A DNA stretch of 64,000 bases from Acanthaster planci (lineage: Eukaryota). A model generated the notes under the pieces. It worked only from the letters and a program-made list of their open reading frames with translations. It did not search any database and had not been told where the DNA came from. The position numbers and the translations under genes were made by a program. Positions 25,379 to 38,600 of the stretch are shown here, in pieces (position 1 is the stretch's first letter; each line of letters opens with the position of its first letter). The DNA lies in the NCBI RefSeq assembly GCF_001949145.1, contig NW_019091362.1, positions 2,487,838-2,551,837 of the forward strand. Direction: 5' to 3'.

Positions 25379-26385
25379 CTGAGGAGTGCACAAAGAAAGA
25401 AAGTCAGGCACTTACAAGAAACACCGGTATCCTTAACCTCTAAATGGTAGGTGAATGTCACGGATGTTTACTTTTAGTGCAAAGCTTTCAAATGTCTGAT
25501 AAGACTTGTGTTTACTTGAAAGGATTGAATCACTTTGAAAGCTCATAACGTTTCCTCCAACTGCGGAAACCCACTGTAAAAATCGGACACAGCAGCTGGA
25601 TGCCATTATTTCCACATGGAAGGTTCCAAGATTTGAATTGGCAAGTTCTGAAATGAATCTTCATCACGTTCAAGTTGGTTCATTTACTACAACAGCTCTT
25701 GATACTTTCACAGAGCCTTCTGAAAGCATTTGCAATACAAGTTAAACACTGTGATCCAAAAATTCAACAAGATCCAGTTAATTATGCATTCCTAAAAGTT
25801 CCACTTGATGAAGGGCATTGTGCAGCACTAGACTGTCTTACCTGCAAGAAGCACATACTTACTATCTGTGGTATTCTGGCAAAACACAACCAGACCTATC
25901 AAGCACATTCAAACAAGTGCACAGTTTTGGTCTGATTCCATAAGACCAAGAAAGGTCAACCATATTTACAGCTGCACTTTACAACTAGTCTGCTGCGAAG
26001 AATGTTGCTCAATAGTCTGAAGTCTGAGCTGTAGTCATGTCTGGTTCAGTGCCTAAGGTAAACTTCAACACAAAGTTGTGCAACAGAAATCAAGCTCGAC
26101 GATGCCAAGACTGCGAGCGACTGAGTACTTTGAATGAATGGGCATAATGACTGTTTGGACAACAGATAAATAAATGTCCAAAGATTTGACACAAAGCCTC
26201 AAGTTTGAGTCCTCCCACAAATGCTGGGATCATTTCATGACACCTCCAGCTGAATACTAAGATTCATCTTAATTACCAACATCAATCTTGTTACTGTGAC
26301 CACAGTGTCTCATCCAGTCATCGTTCCTACTACACCAACTTTTCTTTCAGTATACTAAGTGGATTCCAGCGAGAAATTTACTTAC

Positions 26386-26400
26386 TTTTTTGAGAGGTAG
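26386..26400 (-). CDS. Candidate 15-nt cassette microexon of NAV (adds TTSQK)
   Basis: Minus strand: tctctgtttttttttcttctctccatgtttactggtttccatctgcag|CTACCTCTCAAAAAA|gtaagtaa. Length 3n, stop-free in the phase-1 intron. Confidence 0.6.
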
Positions 26401-29308
26401 CTGCAGATGGAAACCAGTAAACATGGAGAGAAGAAAAAAAAACAGAGACAAGTTTTTAAAAAAGGATCTATGAAAACAACTGTCAGAAAAGACATTTTGG
26501 TGCAATCCAAATCATATCACCATGCATATTAATCTATGCATGCAGTAATGACAGGTCGTGCATCCATACATTTCTGGGGGAAAGAAATCATTTAACTGAG
26601 GGAACACTTCCCCCAGTTATTCCAATTAAAACTCTCTTTTTTTTGTTCTTTTGGGAAGAGGAGAAAAATGAGAGCAATAATTAGTGGATATGAAGGCGGC
26701 ATGCTTCTGAATGGAGTCAATGAATCGAGTATGGAGGATAGATACTTCATGAAGTGGAACACATAACCTTGTCAAAAATACCCCATCGAAGGTAAACAAG
26801 AAAGATCATCAAAGTTGACAACGAGTCCATGACTGGAACATACATCCCCGGTGAAAGAACAGGGACAAGAGTAGTGCACAGAGAACAACTCTCTATAATT
26901 TATACCAGTGTCTAGTCCTGAGCCAAATAGCCCAAAATTTTCCACTTCCGTAGGAAATAAAATTACAAGCATTCCTCTGTATAAATTGAACTCAAGGTCT
27001 GCAAACGAACCCAATGAACTTGAGTAAACCCACTGAAAATGAGCAGTATGACAGACACCGGAATGGCACTGTCCCCTTTGCACCTGGCAGTCATCTGAAG
27101 ATGGCATTAGTTTGTGCACACAAGGACAAAAATTGGTTTACCCTTGGGAACCAGGAGATGGTGCCAAACAACCTGTTTTACAGTTTATATCATGCATCAA
27201 AGAAACTACCACAAGATCTTGTTAGTTGTTCAACTTAACCTAGATGGAAATAACAATATCTTTGCTACCTTTACAGGGGAAAAGTGTCCTCAAATATCAT
27301 GAGGTTCATTCTAGGCCCACAAGAAAAACTTGATAAACAATCCATAAAAAAAGCAAATCAACTTAACCCTTCTGTCTTGGACATACCAATGTTCCAAAGT
27401 ATGAGAAACATGGGGTTACAAACAAAAACAATACAATGTGTGCTTGCTAAGTTAGCCTTAATGGTCAGGCAACTGACACAGCGCCCTCTGTAACACACAC
27501 AGAACCTGTAGCCATGGAGGAAGGAATAAATGTACTGTAGATTCCTCCATGCTGTAACTGATTCCTAACTGGGTCTACACAGAGAAGACATGATTGCCGA
27601 TTCTCAATATTAAGCTTTAACATTCTGATCTTCATCTCAAACCAAGCATAACAGTACGGCAGCTCATTAAGAAAATCCACAAGGACTGACTTATGGTGAA
27701 TGGTAAATAATATGAATGATATATACATGTATATATTGCTTCACATATGATAATGAAGTATACACAGAATGATTTCTACATAACAAAAACAGGCACACTG
27801 GTTATGCTTTATGGACCTTCTTTCGCCTTCTTGGAAACTGAACTTTGCCAAATGACAGCTACTTTTTTTTAAATCATCCTACAAGGCTGGGGAAAAATAC
27901 AGCCTGAGGGTAGCCAAATGTCAGTGACATTGTTGCATGTACACCTTCGAATATCAGGCTATGGCAACATTTGCACTGTAGATCCATGCTGAACATATGT
28001 ATATGTACCTGTACCTCCCAACCACTTCAGACCATTTCTGTGTGCCAGAATTACAGGTTACTATCTGACATGCTATACAATATGCACTGTTTGTTACCAG
28101 CTCTGTACTGAATGACGCTCAGCACATAACTTGCCAAGCAGTAAATCTGTTTACCAGCTCCATGAAATCAGGTGCGAGAAATTCAATGATTTCAGAGGCC
28201 AGATGGTGAGCAAACCTCTGACACTTTATTCTACACGATCTTAGAAACAGTAGTTGGCGGAACGATCCCTATCAAATTGACTAAGAGTGCCTTGGCAAAC
28301 ATTACGAAGAGATTCCTTTTTTAATATCCTTTCTTTCATGTCGTAAGGACCATGCAAGTTGAATGCAAACATCACTGACTGGGACCTGGTGATAGTTATT
28401 TCATCATGCTTGTGACAAACGGAAGCAGGCTCATGAACTGGCAATGCAAAGTGCAGGTAAATAAACGGACAAGATCTTGCACGTTTTTTAGTTAATTTTT
28501 GTTTACCTCTCATTCGCTCAAGCCCTGCAAAATAAACAAAAAATTGGCATGTAGGAAATACGTCAAACCGGTTAGCCACTCTCATAGCACACACGTTAAA
28601 ATTAAGTCACACTTGTCAAATAAAATGCACTTTTGATGCGTGGGCTTTGAGGAATTGGCAGACATTTATTATTGCCTTGTATAGCCAACGCCGCACTGGA
28701 CGGTGAAATAAAACCTTTTGGATGTTGCACTGGTAAAATGCCATGCCATGTGACAATCTTTTTCTTTTTTTTTTCAAACAGCCAGACCAGCATCTGTTTG
28801 CAAAAAAAAAAGCCAGAAACCCCTACACAAGGACAAGTTCGACGAGTGCAAGAAAAACAAAAAGCATAAATCTCCAGTGGTCTCTGCGTGCAATGATAAT
28901 TTTTAGCTGCAATGTGGTAAAGATTGGAAAGTGCATGAAGCATGTTTGGAAGAACCTTTCGGTTACTCCAGTAGTGTATATCCATGTTTTGAATCCGCGG
29001 TGGGTGGGGAAGAAGGGGCAAAATAACCTAACTCTAAATATGGATTTTATGAGAACAAGTTACTGAGTAAAAAACATCTGACGTAGATCTAACTCTGCAT
29101 AATCCTAATGCCCTGCAGTTGATTCACTTGGAATCTTCCGAAAACCCATCGCTATGCAGCACCTTAATGACACACCCTTTCTACTCAAATTGTTAAGAGA
29201 CAGCAAGGTTAATATGAAAAATGAATACTAGCGGGCTGTACTTCCCAGTCCCCACAAAATGTGGAATACCCACATAGTACTCCACACACTGTGAAGTGCC
29301 ACATGCAG

Positions 29309-29462
29309 AGTACCGCGGTGTACCAATGGCTCTGGTGTTTGACTCACATGCCGTAGTTGGTGAGTTTGAACGCCACAGGTGTCGGCGCTTGTGTTCTCCT
29401 GGGCAAGACAATGCACCACAATTGCCTCTCTCCACCCAGGAGTACAAATCGGTACCTGGGAG
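29309..29462 (+). mobile_element. tRNA-derived SINE remnant
   Basis: A-box-like tgtaccaatgg and B-box-like gagtttgaacgcc, followed by the widespread SINE body motif ctgggcaagaca...ctctctccacccaggagtacaaatcggtacc. Confidence 0.7.
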
Positions 29463-29719
29463 TGTTGAGATCAAATTGTGCTGATCTCAAGTTGTCACAG
29501 AGGCAGATCTCATGGTCCAATGGGCAAGGCTAAACAGTGAAGCACTTGGAGACTTTGGCAATGAAGTGCTACATTTGCCCTTATTATTATTAGCGTTATT
29601 AAAATCCTTCAAAACCTGTAGGTTGATTTTGAAGGATTTGCAAAGATTAAACAAATAACCAAATACTTATATTGTGCTTCATTTAGATTTCGCAATTTAA
29701 AAACCAACATTATTCCTAC

Positions 29720-29933
29720 TTGATGAAGCAAGTGAAGTGGTAGAGGACCCTTGCTTGCGCTGCTGGGCCCCAAGCTGACTGCTGGTCCCACCCGGCCGAC
29801 CCTGGGCCTTGGAGCCCGCCTGGTAAGGCGAGGGAGTGGTGCTGTGGGAGGACTTGCTGGCTGGGGGTCTGCCTTGGGATGCCGACCTGGGGTTGGCCTG
29901 GGGTTTGGTGGCAGTTTGACGTTGCACTGATGA
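29720..29933 (-). CDS. NAV2: NAV coding exon, 214 nt, S/Q/P-rich linker: SSVQRQTATKPQANPRSASQGRPP...GSSTTSLASS
   Basis: GC-rich open frame in AT-rich surroundings. Acceptor ttatttcttcctcag|TCA, donor CAA|gtagga, phase 0 to 1, bridging its neighbours. No recognised homology. Confidence 0.78.
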
Positions 29934-30416
29934 CTGAGGAAGAAATAACCAAGAAACCAAGAAAAGAGTGAAACACATGAAAAGCTCGATTCTCTAAAAA
30001 AAATATATAAAAAAACGAATCTACCTTTTTGTCATTTTTTTCCACTTTTTTCCTCTGACAAAAGATTTGATAACATACTACTTTTTCATCATTTTCAAGG
30101 ACTTTTCATGACATTCAAGGACAATTCTTTCCATGATCTTCCATGACTGTGAGAACTTTGAATGACAAGATTTAAAATTGGCAGGTTCTTGAGACAACAG
30201 TCTAGTTCACAGCTTTTTTTGGCACTTGGCAACCTCTTTATTAATGTACATGAACATGACAAGGAATAGATCCCTAATAAAATGCTTCATTGCTAATTGG
30301 TTACTGGTCAATGAACAAGCTGTCTAACTGCATTATCGAGTGATTGATTACAGTTTGTCACTTATCAAGTGCTCGTTGATTGCTGAATTGGCTTATTGAT
30401 TATGAAAAAAAGGTAC

Positions 30417-30742
30417 CTGTGATTGCAAATTGCCCGGCTGTTTCTGCGACGGCACTGTCTGCCGTTTCTGTCCTGCCTGAGTTGTGGACGCAGCGAGTTG
30501 CCTCGTCTGCAGCTGCTGCTGTCGCTGCTGCGATGCTGCCGTCGTTGACGACGATGAATATTGCACTTTGTGTTGAGCTGCTCCTCCTGCCGTGGTGGTG
30601 GTGTGCCTGCCGTGCGCTGCGTGCGGCCGGGCCTGTTGGCTGGCTTGCCGCTGCTGCTGCTGCTGTTGCTGCAGTTGCTGTTTGAATCGGGACAGTGCAA
30701 AGAAGAGACCCAGCACTGCCTTCAGGTTGCCCTCACGGATAT
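30417..30742 (-). CDS. NAV2: NAV coding exon, 326 nt, end of CH domain plus polyQ/low-complexity region: (D)IREGNLKAVLGLFFALSRFKQQLQQQQQQQRQ...PGNLQSQ
   Basis: Acceptor ggtatccag|AT. 'IRxGNLKAxLGLFFxLSRxKQ' is the conserved C-terminal CH helix of NAV proteins. Donor CAG|gtacct (phase 0) is moderate but fits the next exon. Confidence 0.9.
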
Positions 30743-33700
30743 CTGGATACCGACCGTAAAATTAACAGTGAATGATAAAAAAAAAATGGACTTGTACCAA
30801 GCCTAACACTGATGCTTGTATGTACCTGAATCTTAGCAATAATGTTCAGGTCAGAAAAGTGTTGCATTTAGACTGATGGAACATTGGTTATTCAGTAACT
30901 AAACATGAAAGTTTGTTCACCAGAACCATGTTCGGTACACAGACGCAATAACAGTAAAATGAATCCACAGATGTCTGTGTGTAATGTGAGGAAGAACGCA
31001 AAAGTTGCAGTGCAGATGATAAAACAACTCATGGTTTAAATGGCAGCACAAAAGACACATCCTGAAAGTGCCTTACAAAAAAAAGTGATATCTGGTTACT
31101 AAATGTACTGTTCAGAAAAAATCAAGGAAAATGTTGTGGAGTCTTCTTTACATCATGACTGTGACATGCAGTTAAGTGTAGAAACAGCTGACCTCTAGCT
31201 TCTATTTATCAGTTTCATCCAGGCAGCCCAAAGCCCCACTAGTCCCAAGGGACAGCTTCCCTGGCCACCTCCAGATGAACGACTTATCAAACCCCAAATT
31301 ATGCCTTAATCGCTTTTGAGGAAGTGCTCTTAAAGGGAGGAAACTGTGTAATTTTTGTTTCTCAAATAAAAGCAGTCCTGTCATTAAGATGAATCAGAAT
31401 CCTCGTCCCCCCCAAAAGAGAAGCCCCTCGTGACTGAAAAGGCTTCTTCTGTGCACTAATTAGCTTTTTTAATTGTACCACCTTGCACTTCTTTGCAGAT
31501 ATAAATTGTTTAAATTTTATATTTCACGTAGAGTGTGGTCTGTAAACAGACCATAGGCAAACAAATAAAACGGAACACAGGGTGACAGTAATAGCAACAT
31601 TCTTTTATATGTGATACATTACCTCAACAAAAACAAACAAAGACCTACATGTGCTAGTATGTCGTGAAACATGAAATGCAAATTTGCAACCAGTACTAAT
31701 GATTTTTTTTTTCCGAAATATTTTCATTTCGTTTTTATAAATATTATTCATATTCCACCTCATGCTGCAAAGAGAAAACATTTTCTGCCAAATGAGGAAC
31801 CAATTTTATGGCCAGCACTTGATACTGGTCATAAAATTGGTTGCAAACAGCACTAAATGTTAAAAAAGTGTGGTTTTCCTCTACATCTGTGGAATGAAGG
31901 ATAACAACAGACGGGTAAGCAGCCCCTCGTACCAGTCACAGATGGATGTGTCATGAAGGATTCAAGTCCCTTATTCTTCCATTACCCATGCATGGGCATC
32001 ATTGGAAGAGGGAGGGACTAAGAATTTTTAGAGAAGGTGTAATTGTCTGCCAGGCTGTAAAAAGGAACCCACAACTGAATCCCAACCGGTGTCTTGGAGC
32101 AGGGTAACTTTAATATGAGAAGTTGCCCAATGTACATTTGCATGGACCTGGATGGGAACCAGTGTTGGAACAGATGGTAATTCAGCACTGCCAGTTGCTC
32201 TATGGCCGATTTCAAACTCCTTTACAGGCGAGACAGTAATTATGGCGTATGGGATCAATAATGAAGTAGCATACAGAACTTTTCATCCAGTTTGCCCTTC
32301 ACCATCGAAAAGGGCAAAGAACTACCAATTCAAGCCAGTAAAGTACATGCCTTCCATGTACAAGATTGTTACATGGAACTTTGGGCATCAAGGCGAATCT
32401 CACTAAAGGGAGGGACTTTTTAGGTAACTTTTTAAACAGGCCCATAAGCTAGGGGGGTTCAAAGGGTTTGAAGTTCTGAGTTTCGCTTGTTGGAGATCTT
32501 TTTTGTGTGTGTGTACTGAATATTTTAAATATACCCTAATATTCGGCATACATGTCACGGCTTATAGGCCTACATTGATTCTCAAGCTCAAGGTGACCAC
32601 GATTCTGCATATTCATGATTCAATCTCTAGTCACATGTACTGAAGTTATGGTAAATATCCACATTTCAGATGTTTCAAAGGGTTTGAAATCAATGTATTT
32701 TTGTTATGTTTATTCAATATTGACAACTACAGTGTACAAGTCTTACATGCAACCTTTGGTTTGCGACGGACATGCAACTTTTCAAAATTGTATTCCGAAG
32801 CTCCTTGTGATAGGCCTTTGTACAAAAATATGTGTTCGCGGTGCCAAAAGTTCCACTTTTGGGCTTGACGAAACCCCCCCCCCATCTCTGGGCTCTTCAC
32901 GTACTTTTGGAGGAAGAGAAAGTGGAAAAAGTCCAACAAAATCTCTATTTTGTCAGTAGTTTTCAAAATGTGCTCCATTTGGGGAGGTGACAATGCAGTG
33001 TACACACAAAATGCTTTTAACTCTTTTCGTGCAGAAACCTGCAATGTCTGCATAGAGACGAATACACCTGTGCATGAGCACACAGCAGCAGTGATGCTCA
33101 TTGGCATGTACTGCCACTCTTTGAATTTTTACCACCCTGGGAAAAACAGTTTGCTGTCCAGGACCAATGTGGGTAGACCTGCCCAACTTAGGTTGGACTC
33201 AATATCTGACAACTTCCTTCTTGCTCACGTGTTTCAGCAGTTCAAGGAATTGTGAATTTGTATCATTTGCAAGCCTGCCTGGTGACTTAACTTTTTTTGT
33301 GGAAAGCAGGTCACATAAACACCCATCCGTCCTTGCTTCCCTACAACATATTCACAGACATCCTAATATAACACAAGCCAGACCTAATTGGACTGGATCT
33401 CTTTGAATGTCAGGGCTTGGCCACGCTTGACACAGATGCCTAAAAGTAGGCTGTCTGTGAAATTAAACAAAGTGTCCCCAATGGTTTGAAATGATGTCGG
33501 TATGGTTTCCAGTCCAGGGGAGAAGGTTGAAGGTATAAAGACCTTCCATCTAACATGAACCTTTCAAAATTGAACTAGAGCTATTTGTATGTCTTTTTTA
33601 ACATAGCTTTCCACACTTCCATAACATGTTATCTTACATTTCAAGCATATAAAAATCAGTTTACAAACTCTCTCCTGGGAGTTGAACTAAAAAAAAGCTA

Positions 33701-35579
33701 ACTGATAAAGAAGTTATATGAGCTGAGATGCTGGAGCTTTTAAAAGCAAACAGACTTCATGCACAAAAGAAAAGAAAACATTTTCTTTGGTGCTTCTACC
33801 TTATGCAGGATACAGACAATGGATGTAAACACAATTGACATTGGCAAAGAACACATGCTACACTTTTTCTGTTTGATGTTTGCTCTCAAGAATGTACGAT
33901 TCTTTTCTTTTCCCACACAGGTGTGCAGTCTGGGTAGACTGTGTTATTGAAAAAATGTTGGCACAACACAAGGCCAACATGAGAACGCAATTGCACAGGT
34001 CAGTGGATTATGATCAAATCGGTCAAAATTGAAATATGTCATGCATGCTTTCCTGAAGAAAAGGATTTGTACCAACAAGTTACGTTCAGGTGCTTTTTGC
34101 ACAATTGAAATTTTCAGCAACTTTGACACTCCCCACTCCTCTTCATGTTTTCAAAACTCTTCTGGGGGGGTATCACAATTGTGGAACGCTGTCTATGCAA
34201 CTGCTTGGCCCTTGTTTGATAGTTATGTATGTGAGACATAGTGGAGCACCAGTGCACGATTGAAAAGCATTTCTTAATGAGTGTTCTACTCACAATTCAT
34301 TTCTAAAAAGTGATCCAGTTTGTTAGACATTGTTCACTGATCAGGTTGCTTCAAATGGATTGGTTTGGTTTGAATCAAAGGCTCATTTGAAAGCTGCAAC
34401 ATCTTGTAATTAAGGAAATTATCGATCAAGTTTTCAAACATCTCCTATCAGGGTGACTACCCCAAAACAGTGCAAGGGATCTGATTCTGACCCTTGTTTT
34501 TTTCTCTCCTTTTTTTGTGCACATGCACAAATGATCAACAATTCATTATCATAATAAATGGAAGCAGCTTCAGAGGAAATTTCTATCCTTTCCCAAGATG
34601 TCATCATGACAAAACTGGCAAAGCAATCTTTCCATGCATGCACAATGAACAAGGAGCTTTAAATTAGTCTGTAGCTTCGTAAACTATAATGCAGGGTGAG
34701 GATTCAATGCACAAATGAATCTATGGCCACAGATGGCTATTCCAGACCCCCCTTTTTTTTTTCATTTTGAGAGTGGCGACGACTCTCAATTACAGGTAAC
34801 ACAGAGCCTGCGCGGCCACGTAACTGTCTCAGATGTATCAGTTGCACTGAAGCTTGTCTCGCCTGTAGCCCTCAAAATACTAGCATGGTGGATTACTTCC
34901 ATACCAGGGCTCTCTGGCCCAAATGATGAAAGCAGATGTGGCTCCGCCACACAAGCTATGAAAGATTCAGTCAGGCATACTGAGTTCTCTCCAGTCTCTT
35001 GACTAATTATTCCATTTAGCTTCAAACTTTACTCTGTACTTGGGAGTCTACGTACATGTATGTCAGAGGATTAAAAAAACCTGGGGTTCTAAAAGTGTAC
35101 CATATTTGTACCAATGCTAATGAGCAAAACAAATACCACAGTAACATAAATGTATATTGTGTGTCTTGGATACTCTCGTTTCATTGGCCAAAAGGGCCAC
35201 AAGTCAGGTTTATAAAAACAAAAGTCACATTATCCGGGTGAGATGTTGCAGAGCTCTGTTGCTACTCACATCCCACACATCTAGCATATGCACCATGCAC
35301 TGCACCCTTGTGAAGCAAATGATGTGCATGACAGTCTTTGCGAGATGAGAATGACATGTTCATTTTTAGACACTGGACACATGACCATTCCACACCACCG
35401 CAAATCACCAGTACCCACCATATGATGCGATCAAACTTGCACATCTACAGAGAAGTTACTGGTGTTTGGAGCAGTTAAACCCAGAATTGTCAAATAGTCC
35501 AAACCTTGTTCACTTATATGAACAAGACTGGCACCTCCCACAATATCATGATTTCGTCCCAAGATGGGCATCCACCTAC

Positions 35580-35652
35580 CTTTGGCAAGAAGGCCCTGCG
35601 TGTTCACACCCCTAGCCGACAGACAATGTAAACATTTATCAATGTTTTCAAT
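35580..35652 (-). CDS. NAV2: NAV coding exon, 73 nt, CH domain: IENIDKCLHCLSARGVNTQGLLAK
   Basis: Acceptor tcttcttcccgtgcag|ATT, donor AAAG|gtaggt, phase 0 to 1. Resembles NAV 'IENIDACLNFLAAKGINIQGLSAE' (recalled). Confidence 0.93.
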
Positions 35653-38600
35653 CTGCACGGGAAGAAGAGACACAAACACCAAATGTGAATAACAGAAGCA
35701 GGGGCAAAAACACTCCAGTTAATGAAAGAGAAAACTTAGGAATGTCAGCGGGTAATTAGCATATGAAAGTGGCAGCAGGCGACAATAATTGAACCTTGCA
35801 CCCCGATCCTTTAACAATGGAACCATTTCTTTTCCTTTTTTTCCCATCATCTCTCTCTCTCTCTTTCAACCAAAATATGGCCATGTCTGCTGGGATTTCT
35901 GATGACTCAGTGATTTGATAAGCCACTAATGGCTCAGGAATGATTACAGTTGGTGAAATACTTTGATGTATGGGTGCTGGTAATTGGGGCAAGTGGACTT
36001 TAATGTGGCACATATCTCTGATGGTGCCTGTAGCTCACCAGGAACACCTGCAATGCCATTTCAAAGCACAGTGTAAAAGAGTTGAGAGGCTTTCCTCGCA
36101 TTGCAACAGACAGCAAGATTTCAAGAATAAATTTTACATTCTTATATGCCTACAATGTGAATGCATATCCATGTATAAATGCTAAGAAATTATATGTCAC
36201 ATGCACATGGTGGTATAAACAATTTCCAATTGGAAATCACACGCTTAAATACTTTGTTCAAAACCACTTTAACATGAACAGACACTGGTTGAGTGCCATT
36301 TCCTTTGGGTTTTTGGGACCATTAATGTCAAGGGAGCATCATTATTCACAGATTGTCCCCAGCCATCATCCATTTTTAATCTGCTGCATGGCAAGAGATC
36401 ACTCTAGTTGCGGTTTCAAGTAAGCCTATCCTTTCCTCCTTGTATGAGAACTGCACAATTAATTTGACTATTGGGTAACTGGACCACAAATGTTGATAAG
36501 ATCTGGACTCCGTACGACTTCACACGCTACTGAGCTCATCCACATTTGTTACGCCAGACAACACGCAGTCAGAATGTCTGCCCATAATCTTACTCTTTTA
36601 ATACCTGTGTTAGAATTGCTCCTAATAAACACAAAACTTTGGAATTTACATTTCTCGACCCATATTCCCTTTTTTCCCAAAATAAGTAACACATGAGAGA
36701 ACTTTCTACTTCTGTAGGAATACTTATAGTTCAGGGAACCATTATTTGAGGAAAATGGTTTTAAGCAATATAACTGCCAGTTCGTGTGATGTAATTAAAC
36801 TCCTACTTGTCTGGCTCTTCAGAAAACGCCTCTAAGATAACCTCCCCTGAGCCTCAAGTCATAACTCTGTCCAAGTAATATACAGTGTACCGAACTTTCA
36901 TTGACCCAGGACTTTTAATTAATAATCTCACAACAAGCCCTACGATATGTTGAGCCGTTGCCCGCTCTTGCATACATTCACACTGGCAACTCGCTGGCAA
37001 GTTTCCATAATTTATGACAAAGACAATGGGATTTACTGGTCCAGCTGCTGGTGGTGTTTTTCATCAATATTTCGGCTACTTTTCTTATGATTTCATTTCT
37101 GGCCACCTCATCAATGGGTCCAGCATCTGGAGTGGGGCCTATGGCCTGCCGCAAAACAAACAGTCTGTGACTCATTTGATGGCACGGCTCAAAGATCAGG
37201 AGGATTTTGAGAGGGGGCATGGAAGTAATCAAACCCAAATATCCACCTCAACTAGCTATTCCGAGGCAAAAAGCAGCATGGTTTTGTTTACTTGTGTTAA
37301 ACATAAACCCAGAGCACAACGATTTTATGAAAGACCCCCCACGCACAGTGTGTATGACCAAGACAGAAGATGGTCCTCATCAGGCCGACTGGAATGAGTT
37401 CATATTCACCAGGCTGTACAAACATCTTTAACTCTTTGCCAATTATTAGTGGCATTTGCCAAAGCTCCAAAATTGGCTCTTCGTCATTAATGCCTACCAT
37501 TCCAAGCTGATGCTTCTGTCCAGCAGCAGCAAGGAGCTGGTGTAAAACTCCTTGACAACAGTAACAATGACACAATGGTGAAATACGGATTGGCAATGGC
37601 TCTCCTCTGTGCACTAGAGCTCCCTCAAACGGTTACAAACAGACAGGCTGGGTTAAAACTGAGTGCCACTGATTGGCACCACTCACCCGCAACCTGTCAA
37701 AATGTGCAAGGGATTCACAGAATAAGTTGTGCAATCTCCATGCTAGGAATACACAAATGAGTAAAGACACGAAGGCCGTTGGCTAGCCTGGAACCTAACA
37801 AAGGCCCCCCCCCTTCTCTTTTTTTCCCAAAACACAGCCCCGAAAACATTTTACCATATTTTCAAACTATCACGTAACTTGTACATGTACACGTATGTGT
37901 CACGGCAATATCTTCATATTACAGGCAAAAAGTCTTCAACTGATGGTCTTCCATGCCAGTGCCAAGTGCAAATGGAATGCTACTTATGTACATGTACAAT
38001 TTTTAAGTTTACTTTGAAGCAACCACCAGTATGTTAATTTTTACAATGATCACAGCAACAGAACAAATCAAACAATGATCCTCCTTTACCCTCTAGGGAC
38101 GCCTGATATCATCAGCTTCAACTCAACTGTAATGCATATCTCAGCTGTCAAAAAAACTCCTGTTCCACATCACAGCTGTTGACAGTTGATAAAACTTGAT
38201 GCTTCAACTTGATGCTTCAACGACCGCTTTCAAAGTGACCCGTAAAAGTGACGTCAAAGATACCTCATCAACATCTGTGCATTCCCATTTGGGGCAGCAT
38301 TTAACACTTTACAATTACTCATCCTGCCCAAACTCGTCAGTTCACAGAGGGACACAAATTCAACCGATGCACTTTTTTTTGTTTTTCTGCATACATGTAT
38401 GTGAGTGTGTGCCGATCGTCCACAAATAGTACAATTATCAACGTGACTAAGCAAGACCTTTAAAATTTCAGAGTCACAGCAGGAGGGATGTGCCCTGCCG
38501 CCCGTCACACTCCACAGGATTCTAAGAATGGAAATGCCTGGTTCTATGATCCATCACACTGCCAATGAGCTGGTGGAGACTGCCGCACTGATATAACTCG

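Noticed and set aside
25416..25439. 24-nt in-frame exon candidate (tttag|AGGTTAAGG...TCTT|gtaagtgc)
   Set aside because: It would leave only a 37-nt intron before the 25378 exon, shorter than is usual for metazoan introns.
29309..29385. Intact tRNA gene
   Set aside because: A and B boxes are degenerate, no cloverleaf can be formed, and it runs into a SINE body motif.
34922..34984. C/D-box snoRNA-like ATGATGA...CTGA
   Set aside because: Antisense to the host gene, no convincing terminal stem, and no recognisable rRNA-complementary guide.
37014..37397. 127-aa plus-strand ORF as a nested gene
   Set aside because: No recognisable domain or supporting exon structure; the length is within what chance gives in 64 kb.
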